Positions 19,490-29,162 of a stretch of 62,309 nt of DNA are shown piece after piece; the first letter of the stretch is position 1, and each line of letters starts with the position of its first letter. Both the position numbers and the translations under genes were made by a program. The notes beneath the pieces are model-generated. The model made no database searches. It was given only the letters and a program-made list of their open reading frames with translations, and had not been told where the DNA came from. Location: contig RFFQ01000131.1 in NCBI GenBank assembly GCA_003697105.1, forward strand, positions 1 to 62,309. The letters run 5' to 3'. Source of the stretch: Gemmatimonadota bacterium (GTDB lineage Bacteria > 4572-55 > J002).

Positions 19490-22400
19490 TCAGAGGGTTT
19501 CCAGTTGGTTTTCGATAGATTGACCCGGTTTCAGGATAACCCCCCAACTCTGTTTACCGTCCAGATAGGTTGGGCAGGCTTCCGGGAAGGAAATCCAGCG
19601 TAAGTAGGTGGTTTCTTTTTTCGCCGGTTGTTGGTCGAGCCAATCCCACGCCACGTAATCAATTGGGTGGTTGTAATTCACAGAAAAATAACCGATACCG
19701 AGGGAGGTAATGTTTTGGAAAAAATGGGTCCCTTGCGAAGGTTCAATGTTATAGTTGCTGAGTCCAGCTTCCACCAATACCCGTGCCCCGGAAATTTGAG
19801 ACCATTCCACCGGAATCCCCAACGAATGATCGGAAGATCCCCAGCGACCGGGTCCGATTAAAATATAATGTCGGTTCTGTTTCAGGCATTCCGCATTGAT
19901 CATCCCGATTTCGGTGGCAATGTCCCTCGTTTTGAGTGAGGAAAACGTGTTGGGCTTCACGTAAATCAGGTCATGAATCGTGGTAATCCGTCCATTGCCG
20001 AGGGCTTGGCGGCTCCGGCAGATGGTATCTTCTTGGGGCAGGCTATCAAAATCCACATTAATACTTTCCAGAGTAGCAACCATGGGGCGGATTTGCAACA
20101 GCGCCATCTCACTTTTTTCGTTAGGGTTTGCCGGTAAATTAACGGCAAATTCTATCTCCACGGGACCTCCGAAACTTCTCTTACCGATCTCCAGCAATTT
20201 TTCCAGAATTTCCGCCAATGGAAAGGTTTTGTACTTCAACATTTGAGCAAACGTGACCACCCGGATTCCTTTCCGGTACACCGAATCATACAGTCGCTCA
20301 TTTTCATAGGAATAGACACTGCCTACCGGATGTAGCGTTCCATCGACTTCGGCATCACTCAGATTCAGTTTAACGAGGGTTTCATCCTCATTCGCCGTCA
20401 AATTCGGGGTTGGATTCTTCAGATCGAGGGCGTAGAATATCGTCTGGGACGTTTGGAGGATGTTCTCGATGGTACCAAACTGATGAATCACCTCTGGATA
20501 TTTGGGCGAAAAGCTGAGGACGTGTCCCCCCTCCACAATCAATTTACCTAAGCCTAATGCTACAAATGCCAGTCCATCATGTGCGGTTTGGGGTTCAATG
20601 GGATAAAAATTATAGGATTGGGCGACACCGGAAAAATTGGGGTAAAAGCGTTGGTTATAAGCTCTGCCGACCAATTTTTGGAGGACAATTCCCATTTTTT
20701 CCTCTTCGATGCGGAACGGAGTGCCCTCTAAATACGCTTTGGTACTCGAAAAATACGTTGAGGCATAAATATGCTTAATGGCACTGGCTAATTGTTGGTA
20801 ACGGACTTCGCTATCGGGGTGATTGTTCGGCAACATGTAGGTTGTATAAATGCCGGCAAAGGGTTGGTAGCGTGAATCTTCCAACAAACTGGATGAGCGC
20901 ACTGCCAGCGGTTTGTTAATTTGTTCAATGACAATACGGAGTGCTTTTTCGAGGTCTTCAGGTAATTTTGCATCTTCAAAACGGGCTAAGATCAGGTTAT
21001 TGCTGTTCTCTTCGATAGCAAACGTTTTGAGTTTATTTTCTTCTAAAAATTTATCAAACTGGTCGGTGGCAATCACGACGGTGGCGGGCACAAAAATATG
21101 GACGTTTTCAAACAATTGTTGCATTCGCTGGCGGTTAAAGATCGCCGACAAATAGGCAAGGCTACGGGCTTTCCCCCCAATGGAACCGTTACCGATCTTG
21201 AAGAATCCGCGTTCGGTATCAAAACGATCTTTTATAAACGCACTAATGGCGGCATCGTGCTTTTCAGACCGGGTTTGGCGCATGAGTTTTAATAGATATT
21301 GGCGCATTTCTTCAATATCATCAAAATCTTCCATACGCTGGGGACGGAGTTGTTCCGCTAATGTAAATTCCCCCCGAGCGAAGAACCAGTGAGAAAAGTG
21401 GTTATGGCGTGCATGGTATTCAATGGACTCGAGCGGCATCTCGGCAAACGTTTTAATCATGCTGTCCATATCTTCGGCACGGCCAACCTCCTCCCCTCGT
21501 GGAGAACGGAAAACAAAATCCCCAAACCCGAAGTTCTGTTGTAAAAAGCGGCTGATTTTTTTGAGCAACTCCGGTGAATTTTTGTTGATAAATGCCACGT
21601 TCAGCCGTCGGGCATGGGTTTCATTATCCGGTTCGGCGGATTGGAGTGCCACTGGAATATAGGGGTTTACCCGGCGAATTTCTTCAATTAATTTTAGACC
21701 GGCTTCCGGGTGTTTTTTACCATTCTTCGGGAAATTGATGTCCGAGATGACCCCCAACAGATTAAATTCGTATTTTTGAAAAAGCTCGATGGCTTCTTCA
21801 TACGTTTTTGCCAGCAGAATTTTGGGACGAACTCGCATTTGGAGCAATTTTTCCAATTCATTCGCTCCCGATTGGATCAACGCCCGGGTTTGTTTAAACA
21901 CTTCATTATAGATCATGGGGAGAAACAGCGAATAGTACCGTACCGAGTCTTCCACAACGATGATAACCCGAACTTTTCCTTTTTCGAGGTCGTTATCAAT
22001 ATTCTGGCGATCTTCAAAGTGCTTGAAAACAGTTAAAAAGATTGCGGAGTCCCCCGACCAAAAAAATACCTGATCGACCTTCTGCAACCCTCCAGACTTG
22101 TGGTAACGGTCATATTCCGCGATGGTGGAAATCATCATCACAATCGGTAATTTCGGATATTTTTCCTTCAATTTTTGGCTGAATGTGCCGGGGTCCACGT
22201 CTTCGACTTGTCCCATCATGATAACCAAATCGAACTGTTGGCGGGTGTCGTCATGGTGGTGCAACTTATGGAAGGCTTCTTTACCACTACCGGCGTGGAT
22301 GATACGGGGTACGGCAAAGCGGAAATTCATATTGAGGTAAACCGCCATGATCCGCTCATTCAGTTGCCCATCTTCCTCCAGCACAAAATAGTCATAAGGG

Positions 22401-22876
22401 CTGGAGACCAGTAGGATCGTCTGAATGCGGTTTGGCATTAAATCGTGAACGATTTGAAAAGGCGGTTGGTAGGTGAGGTTGTGCCTTTGCTGGCGTTGGA
22501 TATTCTGAAGGATATTTTGCCGGACACTATCGATCAATTTTCGGATGTTGAGCGGCTTTTGGAGTATGTCATCGACTAGCCCGTACAGATTTTCTTTAGC
22601 CTCTTGTACTTTGTGCTCTGTCGCAATGCAGATCGTAGCTATCGTTTTTTTGAAGCGGCGTTGAACAATCTCAAATAGTTCCCGGCCGGTCATATCCGGG
22701 AGTAGATAATCTGCAATAATGAGGTCATATTTCGTTGTATCAAGATAATCGAATCCATCTTTTCCGGTAGTAACTAGCGTTATATCAAACCCGCCGCCTG
22801 CCAGTGTTCGCTTCAGGAGTTCGCCGGCTTCGTGGTCGTCTTCAATGATGAGCAATTTTGCCGAAATCGGATGCAT
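19490..22876 (-). CDS. Multi-receiver protein fused to a PEP-synthase/PPDK-type nucleotide-binding domain
   Basis: REC1 (IIEDD..IIADYLLP..KP), degenerate REC2 and REC3 (VVEDS..ISDINFP). GGKARSL, AVRSSSLLED..FAG.Y, LQIRP and PSQGTHFFQN. Confidence 0.85.
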   Translation of the reverse strand: MHPISAKLLIIEDDHEAGELLKRTLAGGGFDITLVTTGKDGFDYLDTTKYDLIIADYLLPDMTGRELFEIVQRRFKKTIATICIATEHKVQEAKENLYGLVDDILQKPLNIRKLIDSVRQNILQNIQRQQRHNLTYQPPFQIVHDLMPNRIQTILLVSSPYDYFVLEEDGQLNERIMAVYLNMNFRFAVPRIIHAGSGKEAFHKLHHHDDTRQQFDLVIMMGQVEDVDPGTFSQKLKEKYPKLPIVMMISTIAEYDRYHKSGGLQKVDQVFFWSGDSAIFLTVFKHFEDRQNIDNDLEKGKVRVIIVVEDSVRYYSLFLPMIYNEVFKQTRALIQSGANELEKLLQMRVRPKILLAKTYEEAIELFQKYEFNLLGVISDINFPKNGKKHPEAGLKLIEEIRRVNPYIPVALQSAEPDNETHARRLNVAFINKNSPELLKKISRFLQQNFGFGDFVFRSPRGEEVGRAEDMDSMIKTFAEMPLESIEYHARHNHFSHWFFARGEFTLAEQLRPQRMEDFDDIEEMRQYLLKLMRQTRSEKHDAAISAFIKDRFDTERGFFKIGNGSIGGKARSLAYLSAIFNRQRMQQLFENVHIFVPATVVIATDQFDKFLEENKLKTFAIEENSNNLILARFEDAKLPEDLEKALRIVIEQINKPLAVRSSSLLEDSRYQPFAGIYTTYMLPNNHPDSEVRYQQLASAIKHIYASTYFSSTKAYLEGTPFRIEEEKMGIVLQKLVGRAYNQRFYPNFSGVAQSYNFYPIEPQTAHDGLAFVALGLGKLIVEGGHVLSFSPKYPEVIHQFGTIENILQTSQTIFYALDLKNPTPNLTANEDETLVKLNLSDAEVDGTLHPVGSVYSYENERLYDSVYRKGIRVVTFAQMLKYKTFPLAEILEKLLEIGKRSFGGPVEIEFAVNLPANPNEKSEMALLQIRPMVATLESINVDFDSLPQEDTICRSRQALGNGRITTIHDLIYVKPNTFSSLKTRDIATEIGMINAECLKQNRHYILIGPGRWGSSDHSLGIPVEWSQISGARVLVEAGLSNYNIEPSQGTHFFQNITSLGIGYFSVNYNHPIDYVAWDWLDQQPAKKETTYLRWISFPEACPTYLDGKQSWGVILKPGQSIENQLETL

Positions 22877-22897
22877 ACGGTTGCCTTTTTCTACCGG

Positions 22898-25036
22898 TTA
22901 GTATGCCCAATCCAGCCCTACGGTCACCCGAAAGCGCTCTTGAGGCAATTCCGGTGATCCGGATCGACTGGTGGTTTTGATGTCTGCCCATTGGGTATCA
23001 AACAGGTTATCGATTCTTAGATTTGCTCCGATCTGGTGCCAAATATTTTCGGCACGAAAATAAAAATTAGCAATGAACACGTCATCCATTTTGCCATCGG
23101 GATAAAGTACATTACCCGTGTTCGTTTTTCGGTCGAGCAAGCCAAAACCTTGCACATCCAGATAGTACCGTTCCCGGAACTTGGCGCTCACACCGAAAGT
23201 TGTCTTGATATGGGATAAAAAGACCAAATCAGCTTTTTCGGCAGCATCATTGGCTTTGGTATATCCATCCAGATACGCGAAGGTCGCGTAAGCATCCCAA
23301 TTCTGACCTAACGCAAATTTTGCCAGTACTTCAGTGCCATAATATTGGGCACTGCCTACGTTCTGATATTGCCGGACATTCACGGTATCCGTTCCGGAAA
23401 TGTATTTATCACCGGTGTTCACAAAAACAATATTGTTTTCCACTTGGGTGATAAAACCTCGTGCCTCAAAGGTGGTACGGGATAACGGTTGGAAATTCAA
23501 GACCACCTCGTAATTGTCGTAGGTTTGGGGGTCTAAGTTGGTATTGGGGATTTGGTAGCGACTGCCCGGAACGTATGTCGTACGGAACATGGTGTTGGGG
23601 GCTGGGGTAAAATAGGCACTACCATAAATCAGGCGGGCACTAAACCTCGGTAGTATTTTCGCGTAAATGCTGGCACGCGGGTTGACCGTCCAGCCAAAGG
23701 TAGTGAAGTAATCGACACGAGTGCCCAAATTGAGTTTAATCCGGTTTTCAAAATGACTGGTTTCCAGTTGCAGAAACCCTCCCCCGTTACGAATTTGATA
23801 ATAGGTGAGTGCCTCATTATTACTAATGGGGTCGCCTAAAATTTCAATGCCCTCTTCATTGTATTCCGATTTATAATCTTTGGGAACCGTTCCCAGATTT
23901 TGGGCTTCCAAGCCCATCAGAACCAGCGTGTTTTCGCTAGGTGCGTAGCTGAGTTCTTCGACAAAGTGAATGCGATCCCCACTTTCGCGATAATGTTTAG
24001 ATGTATTGTAGCGGGGAGACGCGGGGTCTGCATCCGAGGTATAATAAAAATTATAGCGATTTTGGTAATAATGATACGATAACCGGGTCGTTAAGCTGAT
24101 CTGGTTACTAAATGGAAATTTATTCTCTACATAGACGAGTAATTCGTCATTGGAGGTACCGGCATGTTCGTTAGCCGCGAAGTTTGCCGGGTCAAGTCGC
24201 AAACCACCTTTACTATCCCGCGTCCAGACATTTAACCCCAGCGTATTGTTTTCCGCTTGAATTTTGCTCGAAAAACTATAGCTGGTGAGCGGGTTGGTGT
24301 ATTCCGGTTTGTAAGCATCGGCCACACCGGGGGGATAGATCAATTCATTGGTGTATTGGTCATTCAAATAGTCCCACCAATCGCGATCATCATCATTTTG
24401 GTGGTAGGCGGAAAAGGCGAAATTGATTGCCAAATCATTGATGTGCCGTTGTCCGAAAACTTGTGTCCCGATGGTTTCCTGAGAGCCACCAAACATCGAT
24501 ATTTGGTACATGTTCAGGCTGTTGATCGGACTTTTGGTGATAATATTGATGATCCCCGCCGCGGCATCTGCCCCGTAAAGTGCCGAACTGGGACCCATCA
24601 ACACTTCGATCCGTTCCACATGTTTCAGGGGATACGCATAACCGAAATGCGGGTCTTCTGATGTCGCCGGATTGGCACGAATTCCATCGATTAGCAAGAT
24701 AAAGTTATCCAGACCCCGTAACTCTGCTTGAAGGTAGTACTGGGGACCACCCGCCACATGGAGCTCCATTCCGGGGATAAAACGCAATACTTCACTTAAA
24801 AAGCGGTAACCATGCTGTTGAATTTCATCGTAGGTGATGACAAAAACAGATGCCGGGGTTTCACTAAGCTTTTGCATCCGTTTGGAAGCGGTGCTAACCA
24901 ACTCGTCTGTAAAGAACATATCTTCGGTCATCAATAATTCATCGTCAAGGTTTCCCCATTCCTCTTGTGCTTCACCAGCGACAACCAGCAAAGCCATTAA
25001 GATCATACCAACCAAAATGGTCTGTTTTGTAATCAT
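22898..25036 (-). CDS. TonB-dependent outer membrane receptor
   Basis: STASKRMQKL..TPAS, LLIDG, VERIEVLMGPSSALYGADA..GIINIITK, DNLFD and an aromatic C-terminus. Start at ATG 25036. Confidence 0.9.
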   Translation of the reverse strand: MITKQTILVGMILMALLVVAGEAQEEWGNLDDELLMTEDMFFTDELVSTASKRMQKLSETPASVFVITYDEIQQHGYRFLSEVLRFIPGMELHVAGGPQYYLQAELRGLDNFILLIDGIRANPATSEDPHFGYAYPLKHVERIEVLMGPSSALYGADAAAGIINIITKSPINSLNMYQISMFGGSQETIGTQVFGQRHINDLAINFAFSAYHQNDDDRDWWDYLNDQYTNELIYPPGVADAYKPEYTNPLTSYSFSSKIQAENNTLGLNVWTRDSKGGLRLDPANFAANEHAGTSNDELLVYVENKFPFSNQISLTTRLSYHYYQNRYNFYYTSDADPASPRYNTSKHYRESGDRIHFVEELSYAPSENTLVLMGLEAQNLGTVPKDYKSEYNEEGIEILGDPISNNEALTYYQIRNGGGFLQLETSHFENRIKLNLGTRVDYFTTFGWTVNPRASIYAKILPRFSARLIYGSAYFTPAPNTMFRTTYVPGSRYQIPNTNLDPQTYDNYEVVLNFQPLSRTTFEARGFITQVENNIVFVNTGDKYISGTDTVNVRQYQNVGSAQYYGTEVLAKFALGQNWDAYATFAYLDGYTKANDAAEKADLVFLSHIKTTFGVSAKFRERYYLDVQGFGLLDRKTNTGNVLYPDGKMDDVFIANFYFRAENIWHQIGANLRIDNLFDTQWADIKTTSRSGSPELPQERFRVTVGLDWAY

Positions 25037-25218
25037 GCGACCCCCTATAGCATTATGGTGTGAAATGAAGGCATTTCTTCCGGCATTCGCGGTCTCTCCG
25101 TACTTGTGCCCGTCTTGAATGCGCTTAAACCTGAATAACATAAAAAAAGAAAAATGTCAATCCATTTTATCAGATGGATAGCACCGGGTTGCCGTGCTAC
25201 CCGGATTCAATAAAAAGC

Positions 25219-25247
25219 TTGAATCCATCCCGTTTTTGACGTATAAT
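25219..25247 (+). promoter_or_regulatory. Sigma-70-type promoter for the 25.3-33.2 kb gene run
   Basis: TTGAAT-N17-TATAAT. Confidence 0.6.
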
Positions 25248-25347
25248 ACAAGTCTATCTAAACGAAAGACATGAAATTCAATCTGAATAGACGCCCTTTT
25301 GGTTTGCCAGAGGCACTATTTTTCATTTTAGAAGTTAGGTGATATTT

Positions 25348-26433
25348 ATGACGACGCGCTTTTCAGAAGTGAGAGTCGATCCGGTACCATGGCTTTTGGA
25401 GAATGCCGGACCGGTCATCCGGTATCGGACACTGGTTGATATTTTGGAAAAACCGCTGGATGACCCAGAAGTCCAGAAAGCCCGTCAGGCGATCTTAAAA
25501 ACGAAACATGCCAAGGAAGTCTTGGATAATATTGGTGATGATGGGAGTTGGTTCGGCCGGTTGGTGGAAGGGAGTTCGCATAACGGTGCATGTACGGAGA
25601 CGATGTTTCCCCGAATGTTGGAATTGGGATTTCTGCCCGGTGATGAGGTGGTGGAACGTGCCGCAACATTCCAGTGGCATCTTTTGGAACAGGGTATGGA
25701 AGCAGATACCAAAGAATTTAACCATCATGACCAACAAACCTACGCCTATAAGCACATCACATTTTTACCGGCATCGTATTTAGCCCGAATTGGGTATCAG
25801 GATGACCCCCGGGTAACCGAAGTGTTTGATAAGCTACATGCGGGATTGGTAGAATTTTTCGAGAATGATTTGCAACATAATTTATGGGAACGAAAAAAAA
25901 ATGTCCTGCTGATTAAAGAAGATAGCCTCTGGTTGCACGATTCCTTTATCCTACCAGATTTATACTACTTGGAAACCTTTGCCTACCATCCCACGCTGAA
26001 AACCACCCCCAAATGGAAACCCATTTTCAAAAAATGTATGGAGTGGTGGCTGGAAGGTGGTCGTCCACAAGGTTTAGGCTCGTTTGTGTGGGAACGAACG
26101 AATATTGTGCATGGGAATAACGTCAATTTTCATACGTTAGAGGTGGCGCAATCCTACCAAATGACCCGCCATTACTTGATCAAAATGGAACAAGCCCTGC
26201 GGACAGGCTTTGCCGCCGAGTTTGATTATTTCCAGACGGAAATCTTAAAGCTCGCCGCTTTACAACATCCGGAAGGGTTTTGGGAATTGAATGGGATGAC
26301 CAATAGCCCGCAACAACTGGAATATCAATATATCCCATTGGAAGATAAGTGGAAAGGCTCTGCCCGAGAAGTGGATGTGACCTTTCGGGTCGTGCAGATT
26401 CTGAAGCACTTTGAACGCTCGATCACCGCTTGA
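25348..26433 (+). CDS. Hypothetical protein, probable (alpha/alpha)-toroid / prenyltransferase-repeat-like fold
   Basis: PVPWLLE..P.IRYRTL.D.L, DDGSW, LQHPEGFW and C-terminal TFRV..IL patterns. Alternative GTG at 25339. Confidence 0.55.
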   Translation: MTTRFSEVRVDPVPWLLENAGPVIRYRTLVDILEKPLDDPEVQKARQAILKTKHAKEVLDNIGDDGSWFGRLVEGSSHNGACTETMFPRMLELGFLPGDEVVERAATFQWHLLEQGMEADTKEFNHHDQQTYAYKHITFLPASYLARIGYQDDPRVTEVFDKLHAGLVEFFENDLQHNLWERKKNVLLIKEDSLWLHDSFILPDLYYLETFAYHPTLKTTPKWKPIFKKCMEWWLEGGRPQGLGSFVWERTNIVHGNNVNFHTLEVAQSYQMTRHYLIKMEQALRTGFAAEFDYFQTEILKLAALQHPEGFWELNGMTNSPQQLEYQYIPLEDKWKGSAREVDVTFRVVQILKHFERSITA

Positions 26434-27905
26434 TTTGTCACGAAATGGATCTTTCGACGCTTCGTCAGCAAAACATCCATATCGTGGGGGCAACCAGTGC
26501 CGAAGGTAGCGCCATTTTGGATTTTTTACTCGATCACGGCTGTGAATGCCTTACCGCGCACGATGTCTGTGCTCCGCGTGAAATCCATCGCCATTACCGC
26601 CTGACCCACCTCACACAACCGGTTAAAGCGGTCAATGCAACTATCCGGCGATGGAAATCTGCAGTTACGCTCTGTCATGCGGATGATTATCTGAAGGGAA
26701 TCGAACATGCAGACCTGATTTTTGTGACGCAGGCATGGTTCAAATATCCACCGAATTTCCCGAAATTACCCGAAGTGCGGCAACAAGGTATCCCTTTTCG
26801 AACGATTACCCAACTCTATTTTGAATTGTTTCCCGGCACCATCATCGGCATTACCGGTACCAACGGTAAATCCACGACCACGGCTCTGGTCGCCCAGATA
26901 CTGGAACAGGAAGCCCGTCTTACCGGGACGTTTCGGGTATTGCATAGTGGTAACGAGCGCCATGTTTCCCAAGTACTGGATCAGTTGGAGCACTGCTCAC
27001 CAGCAGATGTACTGGTCTTGGAAATCAGTAACCGGCAATTGATCGAACTGGATCGCGCTCCCCATATTGCCACCATCACCAACATCACTCCCGATCATCT
27101 GGATGACCACCCCTCGTTTGCGGATTATGTCCAGATCAAGACCAAGATGTTCCGCCTGCAAACCCCAGATGATGTGGCAATTTTGAATCGAGACCATGAA
27201 TTGACCCGACAAATACAATCCGTGGTAACTGCCAAACGGGTGTTGACGTACAGTTTTAAGGGCGATCCCGCCGCAGAAGCGATATATCGGGATGACCACT
27301 TGTGGTGGCGCCAACCGGATGGCGACTTTCAACCGATCTGTCACCGCTCGGAATTCCCGTTGCGAGGTAATCATAATATTGAAAATGCACTGGCGGCAAT
27401 ATTGACGACAAAAGCGTTTGGTGCTCGGTCGGAAGCGATTCAGTCGGCATTGCAATCCTTTCGAGGATTGCCCTATCGCACGGAAGTGGTCGCTACATTG
27501 GATGGAGTGGAATACATCAATGATGTGAAAAGTACCACACCTGCCGCCACGATTGCGGCACTTCAATCCCTCTCCCAACCCGTTATTTTGATTGCCGGCG
27601 GAGGAGGTAAAGGGGATTTAGATTATCAGCCCTTAGCACATCAGATTTCCCAACACGTTAAAGCACTTATTTTGCTGTCAGGTGAGGGTGCTACTGCCAT
27701 TGCGGCGGCTATGGCAGGTCTTGATACCCCGCTGTATTACCAACAGACGCTAGAACAAGCCATTTTGCAGGCAAAAACCTTGGCTGTGGCGGGTGATGTG
27801 GTACTTCTCTCACCAGCATGTCCTTATTTTTCCAGCACTTTTGGTGCATCACCCCGCGGCGGTTTCACCCAACTGATCGAGGAGTTACAACAAAACCATG
27901 CATGA
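26430..27905 (+). CDS. murD: MurD-like ATP-dependent amino acid ligase (divergent)
   Basis: GITGTNGKSTT, VLEIS, NITPDHLD.H, HNIEN, GLPYRTE, YIND.K.T, LIAGG and LLSPAC. Confidence 0.75.
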   Translation: MICHEMDLSTLRQQNIHIVGATSAEGSAILDFLLDHGCECLTAHDVCAPREIHRHYRLTHLTQPVKAVNATIRRWKSAVTLCHADDYLKGIEHADLIFVTQAWFKYPPNFPKLPEVRQQGIPFRTITQLYFELFPGTIIGITGTNGKSTTTALVAQILEQEARLTGTFRVLHSGNERHVSQVLDQLEHCSPADVLVLEISNRQLIELDRAPHIATITNITPDHLDDHPSFADYVQIKTKMFRLQTPDDVAILNRDHELTRQIQSVVTAKRVLTYSFKGDPAAEAIYRDDHLWWRQPDGDFQPICHRSEFPLRGNHNIENALAAILTTKAFGARSEAIQSALQSFRGLPYRTEVVATLDGVEYINDVKSTTPAATIAALQSLSQPVILIAGGGGKGDLDYQPLAHQISQHVKALILLSGEGATAIAAAMAGLDTPLYYQQTLEQAILQAKTLAVAGDVVLLSPACPYFSSTFGASPRGGFTQLIEELQQNHA

Positions 27906-28065
27906 ATTTTTAACAGCACGTTGCCCGCTATGTGGGGCGGAAATCGAAATTCCACAAGATACGGATTTTGGCGAACTTTATGAGTGTGACGTATGTGGTG
28001 CTGAAGTTGAAGTGGTTGAACTAGACCCCCTAGAACTCCAACCGGTGACTGAAATTGAAAAATGA
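27898..28065 (+). CDS. LysW-like zinc-ribbon small protein (55 aa, absent from the ORF track)
   Basis: MHEFLTARCPLCGAEIEIPQDTDFGELYECDVCGAEVEVVELDPLELQPVTEIEK. GAGGAG upstream. Overlaps the MurD-like stop and the next start (ATGA). Confidence 0.85.
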   Translation: MHEFLTARCPLCGAEIEIPQDTDFGELYECDVCGAEVEVVELDPLELQPVTEIEK

Positions 28066-29150
28066 GGGATTCTTCTCCCACTCCGGAACTGCCGCACGTG
28101 GCAAGTTGCCATACGGTATGGCGGTATGCGCCATTGTACCGAAAACCTCCGGCTTCAAACTATCACTTAACATTAGCAGAAGGAAATACGCCGTGTCTGG
28201 AAATGCCGTTACTGGCGGATCGGCTAGGTTTAACGGCTTTATTTTTTAAACGTGAAGACCTGAATCCAACCGGCTCGCATAAAGATCGTAGTTTGGCGTT
28301 TCAGGTATCGACCTATTGGGAGCAAGGCTGTTCCCGTTTGCTAATTTCATCCAGTGGAAATGCGGGTGTTTCGGCTTCGGCGTATGCCGCACTGGCAGGG
28401 ATTTCCATGTATGTGTTTGTCTCTCCCCAAACGCCCCGTCACAAACTGGAACGGATTCACCGCTATGGTGGTCACATAATTGCATCGTCGAGAGCGATCA
28501 GCTTTGCCAAGCATATTTCCCGGCAATTGGAGATTCCAAATCTTCGTCCATCGACCAATCCACGCTCTATTGAGGGTTTTCAGTCGATTGGATGGGAACT
28601 TTTTGAACAATTGGGCACCGTAGATTCTATTTTTACGTATGTCAGTAGCGCCAGTTCGTTAATCGGGATCGGGCGTGCATTTCAACGCTTAAAAGATGAG
28701 TTTCATCTACTGGAGAGCGTGCCGCAGCTACATGCGGTCCAATCCGGTTTGGGAACCAGCATTGCCGCCCATTTTGTACCCCAAAAGCAAGATTTACCGA
28801 TGCAGCGGAGTGTGGTCGGTGATTTAGGGGCAAAAAAAACAGCATTAGCCGATGAGGCGATCCGGTTGATTACGGCTACCGGCGGGTCGGGGTGGATTGT
28901 CTCCGATGCCGATATTTTAGCCGCCCGCCACGTGTTGGGGAGGCAATACGGGATTGAAACTTCCAGCGAAGGGTGCGCGGCTTTTGCCGCCCTACAACAC
29001 GCGAGCCAAACACGCCAGTTAGGGCGTGTGGTGGTCCTCCTCACCGGACATGGTTCGCAATGGGAGATGACCTCCCCAGAACTGGATCAATTACCCGTTT
29101 TAAATACGTTTTCCGAAATTGCCACTTATATTGAACGCCACCCCGCCTAG
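28062..29150 (+). CDS. PLP-dependent fold-type II enzyme, threonine-synthase-like (divergent)
   Basis: LAEGNTP, KREDLNPTGSHKDR, SSSGNAG and LLTGHG. Confidence 0.85.
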   Translation: MRDSSPTPELPHVASCHTVWRYAPLYRKPPASNYHLTLAEGNTPCLEMPLLADRLGLTALFFKREDLNPTGSHKDRSLAFQVSTYWEQGCSRLLISSSGNAGVSASAYAALAGISMYVFVSPQTPRHKLERIHRYGGHIIASSRAISFAKHISRQLEIPNLRPSTNPRSIEGFQSIGWELFEQLGTVDSIFTYVSSASSLIGIGRAFQRLKDEFHLLESVPQLHAVQSGLGTSIAAHFVPQKQDLPMQRSVVGDLGAKKTALADEAIRLITATGGSGWIVSDADILAARHVLGRQYGIETSSEGCAAFAALQHASQTRQLGRVVVLLTGHGSQWEMTSPELDQLPVLNTFSEIATYIERHPA

Positions 29151-29162
29151 AATGTGATCTGT

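Noticed and set aside
25037-25135. Riboswitch in the TonB receptor leader
   Set aside because: Only a short GCATTC/GAATGC pairing was seen, with no recognisable cobalamin, TPP or c-di-GMP consensus.
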